Positions 23,857 to 29,293 of a stretch of 29,293 nucleotides of DNA are shown here, piece after piece. The stretch spans positions 1 to 29,293 of IMG/VR virus record IMGVR_UViG_3300044580_000446; one strand, written 5' to 3'. The translations under genes were made by a program, and so were the position numbers. Within the stretch, counting starts at the first letter, position 1. Every line of letters starts with the position of its first letter. Origin of the DNA: a virus (Duplodnaviria; Caudoviricetes). The notes under the pieces were generated by a model that saw nothing but the letters and a program-made list of their open reading frames with translations, searched no databases and was not told the origin of the DNA.

Positions 23857-26800
23857 TTATTGAGCTTGTTTGCCTTGTTCTGTTCTTTTAAAATGTATAT
23901 CTGGTAAAATCACTTTTGTTTCGGTATATTCTCTACTTTTATCTTCTGTGTTTTTCCACCAAACAATAAGTCTGACGCTTGCATACTGCGGGATATATCC
24001 TCTTGCTGTCATTTCATTAATCCTTATGCTCATGCTGTCTGAAAATTGTATTACCTTTTTCCCTTCCGTTGTATAGGCAAAATATTTTTCTGCATTGCGC
24101 CCGTCTTTTAGTTCCACCATCTCACGCCGGATCTGCAGTTTATCTTTGCTTTTTACCAAAGCAACTTCTTTTTTACAGAAATAGAATGATGATAAAGCCA
24201 CGCCCTTATGTGAAACCGGGAATACAATTTCATCCGGCTCCTGATATTCTTTTTCGTCAAATATTTTTTTAACCTCTGAAAGTTTTATATCGTCAAAGCA
24301 GTTTGAGCTGCAATGTATGTAAAGGTTGTTTTTTGCCCGGGTCATAGCAACATAAACTTCGCGTTTTTTTGTATCTGTTTTTCGCGGCTGTTTTAAGGAT
24401 AAAAACACATTGTCAAACTCTCTGCCCTTTGCCTTATGTATGGTAGAAACGACTACTTGCGATATCTCACCTGTTACAAAATCCTCCAGCCTTGATTCAT
24501 GTGCAAATTGCATAAAATCAGACTTGTATTTTGATTTGGGATTCATCTCCTCAAAAACTTTTAGAAAATTTTTCGCATATTCATATGCCACGCTACCACT
24601 AAACTCATTTTCCATTATTGATTTTGCTCTTTCCCATGTGTAGTCATCTATTGTATATACATCTTCACGCAAAGACAGTGCATCAATAAAGCATCTCACT
24701 TCTGCAAGATTATACATTGAAAAGCCGCTGCCGTCCTGAATCAGTCTTGCAGATATGCCGTTTTTTGTAAGCAATCCGGCAATCGTTGCCGCCTCGTCAT
24801 TTGTTTCTGTAAGCACGCAAATCGAACCTGAAAGCGGTTTGTTTAAAATATCGTTCACTATTGGGATGCTCAGGTTTGAGCTCTTATATTTAGTAATACA
24901 GACTTCGCCATCTGCTTGCTGAACAGCTTTTATATCTGTTTCTTTCATCCTGTCAGAAATCTTTTTTAAAAAAGCATTTGACAACGCAACAATATTTTTG
25001 CGGCTTCTATAGTTTTCTAAAAGTTCATATTTGGTAGCCTTGTAATCGGTTATCAACGAACGCAGATATTTTGAGTCTGAATTTCTGAACTCATAGATGT
25101 TTTGATCATCATCGCCCACAGCAATTATACGCATTTCCTCGTTTGCTTCCATAAGGGCTTGGACAAGGGAAAACTCAACTTCGCTCATATCCTGTGCTTC
25201 GTCAATAACCAAAACTGTTTTTGTAATTTTGTTAGCTTCAATTTCACCTGATTTTATCCGCCGGACAGCTTCAGTTACCACGATATCGCTGTCGCTGAGC
25301 GAACCTACCCTACCCAATAAATCAAAGCAATATGAATGGAATGTGGTTATACCCTCCGCACGTGTTCCTCCGCCAATGAAGTTTGCGGCATTGCCCAGCA
25401 TTTCTGGTCTGGTCAGGCGTTTTCTAAACTCTGTCGCCGCCGCACGGGAAAATGTAAGCATTAGCATTTGTTCCTGCTTAACATCCTCCATTTGATAAAG
25501 CGAGGCTAACTTATGAACAAGCACTTTTGTTTTTCCGCTGCCGGGTCCGGCCGCGACTACGATATATTTACTGTCTGTATCCTTTATTATGCTAAGTTGG
25601 CGTGCCGATAAATCGCCGAAAAGCTGTTTAAATTTTTTAGGAGTAATATTTTTAGAAATCTCGGCTTCCCTGCCTCTAAAATATTTGCGAAGAAATACAT
25701 CATAATTTAATTTAAAATAGTCATCAACAAACTGCAGAGCCTCTTTATAGTCGCTCGTCATTCGTTTTGCATATTCACCCACGATATGTATTTGTTGAAT
25801 TTTATTGTTGTAAAAATCCTCCAGTTTCTTGTAATCTTCTCTTTTGTACTGACGTCTGGTATTTTGCTCAGTACGCTCTATTCTCATTGCGTTATAAGCT
25901 ACTAAAAACGCACCGTCAAGTCTGAGCGCTCCGATTTTCGATAAATAATACAATGTATCGTCTATCTCATCAAATGAAGTTTCTCTTTTGCCAAGCAAAT
26001 CACCCATTTCATATTCTTCTTTTAGTTCAAGGCAAGAAAACTCAACATCAACTTCCTCTCGTTCGTCTGACTGTGAAGTATATTGACTCTTTTTGAAAAG
26101 ATATTTGATTATAAAATCTGCGAGCTCGTTACGTCTGTTACACCGCTCTAATAAATAGTCATATGCAAAATTTGATTTGACAATTATTTCATCCTTTGTT
26201 TCGCTGTTTGCACGCTTAACCAGGTTCTTAATAGCATAGAAGTTAAATACGATTTTTAATTTCTGTATATTAACAGTAGAAACGGATTTCTCGCACTCTT
26301 TGTTTAATTCTTTTAAATTTATTTTTTGCTCGGCTTCAGATATGGTTTCTATTATAGATTTCTCTATTTGTGTGAACTCGTTAAGTATACCGAGCGATGT
26401 GTTTACTCTGCCGCTCTTTTTGACAAATGCGATTAAATCCTTGGCATCTGCAAGAATTCGTTCCTCACGCATTATATTGATGACTCGAATAATATTTTCT
26501 TTAACAATGCCTAAACTGTCTGACAAATAATCAATCCGTGATTCGCCATCCTCGTTGCCTGCTTTGGCACGGGATTTTGAGGATATCAAACTTTTTATTA
26601 TTCTGACAGCGTCTTGTCTTTCTTTATCGTTGCTGAACTTATCAGATGCATTTATCCGACGAGTCGCTTCTTCCATGTTTTTTACAAGGATGCTGTTTGC
26701 ATAAATTCGTGGACTGTTTTGTCCACGCTTCATAAAGCCCGATTCTTCAAGAGCTGCAATTGCAGTACGTACCCTTGTCTCAATATCATTAATCGAATCA

Positions 26801-28743
26801 TCCCAGCCTGCTTCTCTTGCTATTTCTAAGGCTGACTTGGATGCCGATTGCCTTAATTTCGTAATTTCTTTAATTGCTTTCCAGACTTGTTGAATTTCTT
26901 TTATGCTTAGTTTATTTTGATTAAGCATAATAAAATGCTTATTCAAGTCCTCTTCGTCAAACAGAACAAAACATTCCGCCGAAAGCTTTTCATCACGCCC
27001 AGCTCTTCCTGCTTCCTGTACATAGTCCTCTAAGCTGGTGGAAATGTCGTAATGTATAACAAGCTGAACGTCACTTTTATCAACGCCCATGCCAAATGCA
27101 GTCGTAGCAACAATAATCCTTGCCTCGCCACTCATAAACTTTTCTTGATTCTCTATGCGCTGCTGTCGATCCATTTGACCATGATAACTGACAACGCCTC
27201 CGCTAACGCCGTCTTTTTCAAGTCTCTCTGCAAGTTCTCTTGTGCGTTTTGTCCTTGATACATAAATAATAGCTGGAGTATTGTTATTTGTTTCTAAAAG
27301 TGTCCTTAGCTGCTGGTATTTATCCTCAGCTGAAGTTTTGGTAAATACATAATATTTTAGATTTGTCCTCTGCGCACCACTCCTAAACAGCACTAAATCA
27401 AGCGACAGCTTTTCTTTGAAGTATGATAATATATCCTCTATTACTCTCTGTTTTGCTGTTGCGGTAAAACACGATACCGGGATACTCTCTCTGAGATTTT
27501 TCTTCTCCTGATATTCTTTAATAAAGTCTCCAATATACAGATAATCAACACGGAAATCCTGCCCCCACGATGAAAAACAGTGGGCCTCATCAATTACAAA
27601 TCGTACGATATTACGTTTTAGCAGCAAAGTTTCTATGGATTTTGACCGTAAACTTTCAGGTGAAATATAGAGGATAGAGGCAGAGCCATCCTCAACCCTT
27701 TCGTATGCCTTTGCTCTGTCAATCGGGTCAAGCGCCCCGTTTATCGTAACCGCCTCGGTAATTCCCTTTTGTTCCAAGTTGTCCACTTGGTCTTTCATAA
27801 GTGATTGCAATGGTGAAATGACTACTGTCAGACCTCTGACTGCTTCGCCCTGAACAAGTGCAGGTAATTGAAATGTTATGGATTTCCCACCGCCCGTTGG
27901 GAAAATTGCAAGCAGCGACTTCCCATCTATTGCAGCCGTTGCTGCCATTTCTTGCAGCGGCATCCCCTCATAAGTCCTGAACGATGGATAATTAAACAGT
28001 CTGTTGAGAGCTTTAACAGGGTTAATACTGCTATTGCAATAATCGCAGCCCGTAGCACAGCGACTGCTTCTGAGATAATATAATATATTTTCAACCCTTG
28101 GAAAGTGTTTAAAAACCCACGGCGGTGTCACCGAATATTTATTATCAGCATTGATAAGAGCCAAACTATATGAAAGTTCAACAGGCGATTCTTTAATGAA
28201 TTTTGCCAGATTAGCATTTTCGCATATTTTACCACTGAAATAATCTTTGATATTCTTTTCACAATCACCGTTGCTTTCAAAGCCAATAAAGATAAAAAAA
28301 TCTTTAAATTCCTTTTGTTCACAAAGCAGCGAGTAATAAATGCTTTTTAATCGCTTGTCCAACTTGTTAAAAGTTGATATTTCGTCAAAAAATAAATCTC
28401 TTGATAATTTTGAGTCTAAAACAGGATTGTTTGGGTCTTCTTCCGATATGATTTTATACTGCTTTCCAATTTTATGATAAGGCTTTGATGGGAACAAAAG
28501 CGGTGACCAGTAAAGCGTATCTATGAACTTTCTCACTGGCGATTGCACAATGGCGTCTTTAACATATTTTAAATCATGCTCAAAGATGTTGTGTCCGCAA
28601 AGATATTCTGCGTCTTTAATGAAAGCCGAAAAAGCCGACTTGCTTGAATCGTGAAATTCTTTATTGGTTAAACTGACAGCCCCTATATCAGGTGGTGTTT
28701 TGTCAGCCTCTAAGTCAAAAAAAACTATTTCTACTTCCGGCAC
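23857..28743 (-). CDS. Large fusion: DEDD exonuclease-like domain, RecQ-family SF2 helicase and UvrD-like SF1 helicase
   Basis: FFDLE/GHNI/DTL; PTGGGKS, IDEAHCFSSWGQDFR, AFGMGVDK, QEAGRAGRD; AGPGSGKT, IDEAQD, VGDDDQNIYEFR, ENYRS, STIHKAKGREF, YVAMTRAK. GTG 28743 follows GGAGG. Confidence 0.9.
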   Translation of the reverse strand: MPEVEIVFFDLEADKTPPDIGAVSLTNKEFHDSSKSAFSAFIKDAEYLCGHNIFEHDLKYVKDAIVQSPVRKFIDTLYWSPLLFPSKPYHKIGKQYKIISEEDPNNPVLDSKLSRDLFFDEISTFNKLDKRLKSIYYSLLCEQKEFKDFFIFIGFESNGDCEKNIKDYFSGKICENANLAKFIKESPVELSYSLALINADNKYSVTPPWVFKHFPRVENILYYLRSSRCATGCDYCNSSINPVKALNRLFNYPSFRTYEGMPLQEMAATAAIDGKSLLAIFPTGGGKSITFQLPALVQGEAVRGLTVVISPLQSLMKDQVDNLEQKGITEAVTINGALDPIDRAKAYERVEDGSASILYISPESLRSKSIETLLLKRNIVRFVIDEAHCFSSWGQDFRVDYLYIGDFIKEYQEKKNLRESIPVSCFTATAKQRVIEDILSYFKEKLSLDLVLFRSGAQRTNLKYYVFTKTSAEDKYQQLRTLLETNNNTPAIIYVSRTKRTRELAERLEKDGVSGGVVSYHGQMDRQQRIENQEKFMSGEARIIVATTAFGMGVDKSDVQLVIHYDISTSLEDYVQEAGRAGRDEKLSAECFVLFDEEDLNKHFIMLNQNKLSIKEIQQVWKAIKEITKLRQSASKSALEIAREAGWDDSINDIETRVRTAIAALEESGFMKRGQNSPRIYANSILVKNMEEATRRINASDKFSNDKERQDAVRIIKSLISSKSRAKAGNEDGESRIDYLSDSLGIVKENIIRVINIMREERILADAKDLIAFVKKSGRVNTSLGILNEFTQIEKSIIETISEAEQKINLKELNKECEKSVSTVNIQKLKIVFNFYAIKNLVKRANSETKDEIIVKSNFAYDYLLERCNRRNELADFIIKYLFKKSQYTSQSDEREEVDVEFSCLELKEEYEMGDLLGKRETSFDEIDDTLYYLSKIGALRLDGAFLVAYNAMRIERTEQNTRRQYKREDYKKLEDFYNNKIQQIHIVGEYAKRMTSDYKEALQFVDDYFKLNYDVFLRKYFRGREAEISKNITPKKFKQLFGDLSARQLSIIKDTDSKYIVVAAGPGSGKTKVLVHKLASLYQMEDVKQEQMLMLTFSRAAATEFRKRLTRPEMLGNAANFIGGGTRAEGITTFHSYCFDLLGRVGSLSDSDIVVTEAVRRIKSGEIEANKITKTVLVIDEAQDMSEVEFSLVQALMEANEEMRIIAVGDDDQNIYEFRNSDSKYLRSLITDYKATKYELLENYRSRKNIVALSNAFLKKISDRMKETDIKAVQQADGEVCITKYKSSNLSIPIVNDILNKPLSGSICVLTETNDEAATIAGLLTKNGISARLIQDGSGFSMYNLAEVRCFIDALSLREDVYTIDDYTWERAKSIMENEFSGSVAYEYAKNFLKVFEEMNPKSKYKSDFMQFAHESRLEDFVTGEISQVVVSTIHKAKGREFDNVFLSLKQPRKTDTKKREVYVAMTRAKNNLYIHCSSNCFDDIKLSEVKKIFDEKEYQEPDEIVFPVSHKGVALSSFYFCKKEVALVKSKDKLQIRREMVELKDGRNAEKYFAYTTEGKKVIQFSDSMSIRINEMTARGYIPQYASVRLIVWWKNTEDKSREYTETKVILPDIHFKRTEQGKQAQ

Positions 28744-28772
28744 TCTTTTTTCCTCCAAGCGTTTAACAAGGG

Positions 28773-28973
28773 TTACTTATTTAGCTCTTTAAAATTAATA
28801 TTTTTCTTCTCACAAAATTTATCAAATTTGGACTCAACGATTAAACTCGGCAACTTCTTACCATTTTCCCAGCGATTAATTGTTTGCCTGGTACAGCCTA
28901 TTTCATTTGCAAGTTGCTCTTGCGTAATAAGCAATTTTTTTCTAACGGCTTTTACTTTATCCTTAAACTCCAT
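28773..28973 (-). CDS. XRE-family HTH transcriptional regulator
   Basis: VKAVRKKLLITQEQLANEIGCTRQTINRWENGK; GAGGTG RBS. Confidence 0.92.
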   Translation of the reverse strand: MEFKDKVKAVRKKLLITQEQLANEIGCTRQTINRWENGKKLPSLIVESKFDKFCEKKNINFKELNK

Positions 28974-29240
28974 TTTACACCTCGACTCTTGTGTAACCTT
29001 ATGTATACTATTGTAACTGATTTTTAAAAAAATACAAGTTATAAAACAAAATAAACTGAACCTTTTACAATATACTTTGTAATGTATAATTCAAATCCTA
29101 CACGAACAGTGTTTTTTGTAGCCCTTACCTAAGGTAAGAAATGAAAAATCTCCCAAGCCATTTTTTGACTTTGAGACAACCTAACTTGTGTAAAAATACA
29201 AAAAAGGGTTGATTTTATGCAAAAACACCCCTAAAAAAGC

Positions 29241-29280
29241 AAAAAAGAAGTGAAACTGCCTTGAGACAAATTTCACTTCT
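29241..29280 (-). terminator. Terminator-like hairpin of an upstream gene outside the window
   Basis: AGAAGTGAAA...TTTCACTTCT 10-bp inverted repeat with a T tract on the minus strand. Confidence 0.55.
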
Positions 29281-29293
29281 GATGTGGCTCCCC

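Noticed and set aside
29103-29115. Possible SOS box CGAACAGTGTTT
   Set aside because: The spacer is 3 nt rather than 4, and no linked gene is visible in the window.

Overview
The window is part of a temperate, siphovirus-like prophage from a low-GC Gram-positive host (Clostridia-like by RBS and protein style), plus an adjacent defence-like block. Almost all phage genes lie on the minus strand. Read from about 21.7 kb down to position 1 they are: LexA-like repressor, Com-like Zn-ribbon protein, structured leader, HTH regulator, a SNF2 helicase locus in two parts flanking an HNH endonuclease gene, replication genes (primase-helicase, iteron-like origin, VRR-NUC), late activator with a repeat-containing late promoter, packaging HNH, two AT-rich membrane-protein morons, probable cos region, terS, multi-TRD C5 methyltransferase, MetK, sporulation-like sigma factor, amidoligase/GGCT cassette, terL, ParB-N6/N4 methyltransferase, portal and HK97 prohead protease. 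From 21.85 to 29.0 kb there is a HaeIII-type (GGCC) methyltransferase with a putative endonuclease, a very large exonuclease-RecQ-UvrD fusion, and an XRE regulator. The most striking observation is in the SNF2 helicase Walker A motif, which reads ATG GAC ATG GGT TAA GGC ACC GGC AAG ACC: an in-frame stop flanked by two Gly codons. A ribosomal stop-hop would restore the canonical MDMGTGKT exactly, and the site sits just downstream of a free-standing HNH gene, reminiscent of T4 mobA/gene 60. Other highlights are three self-contained cassettes sharing one promoter motif, intrinsic terminators placed directly in front of essential late genes, and a Com-like protein followed by a structured RNA leader. 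All family assignments are from motif recognition by eye; no database searches were run. No integrase, capsid or tail genes fall inside the window.
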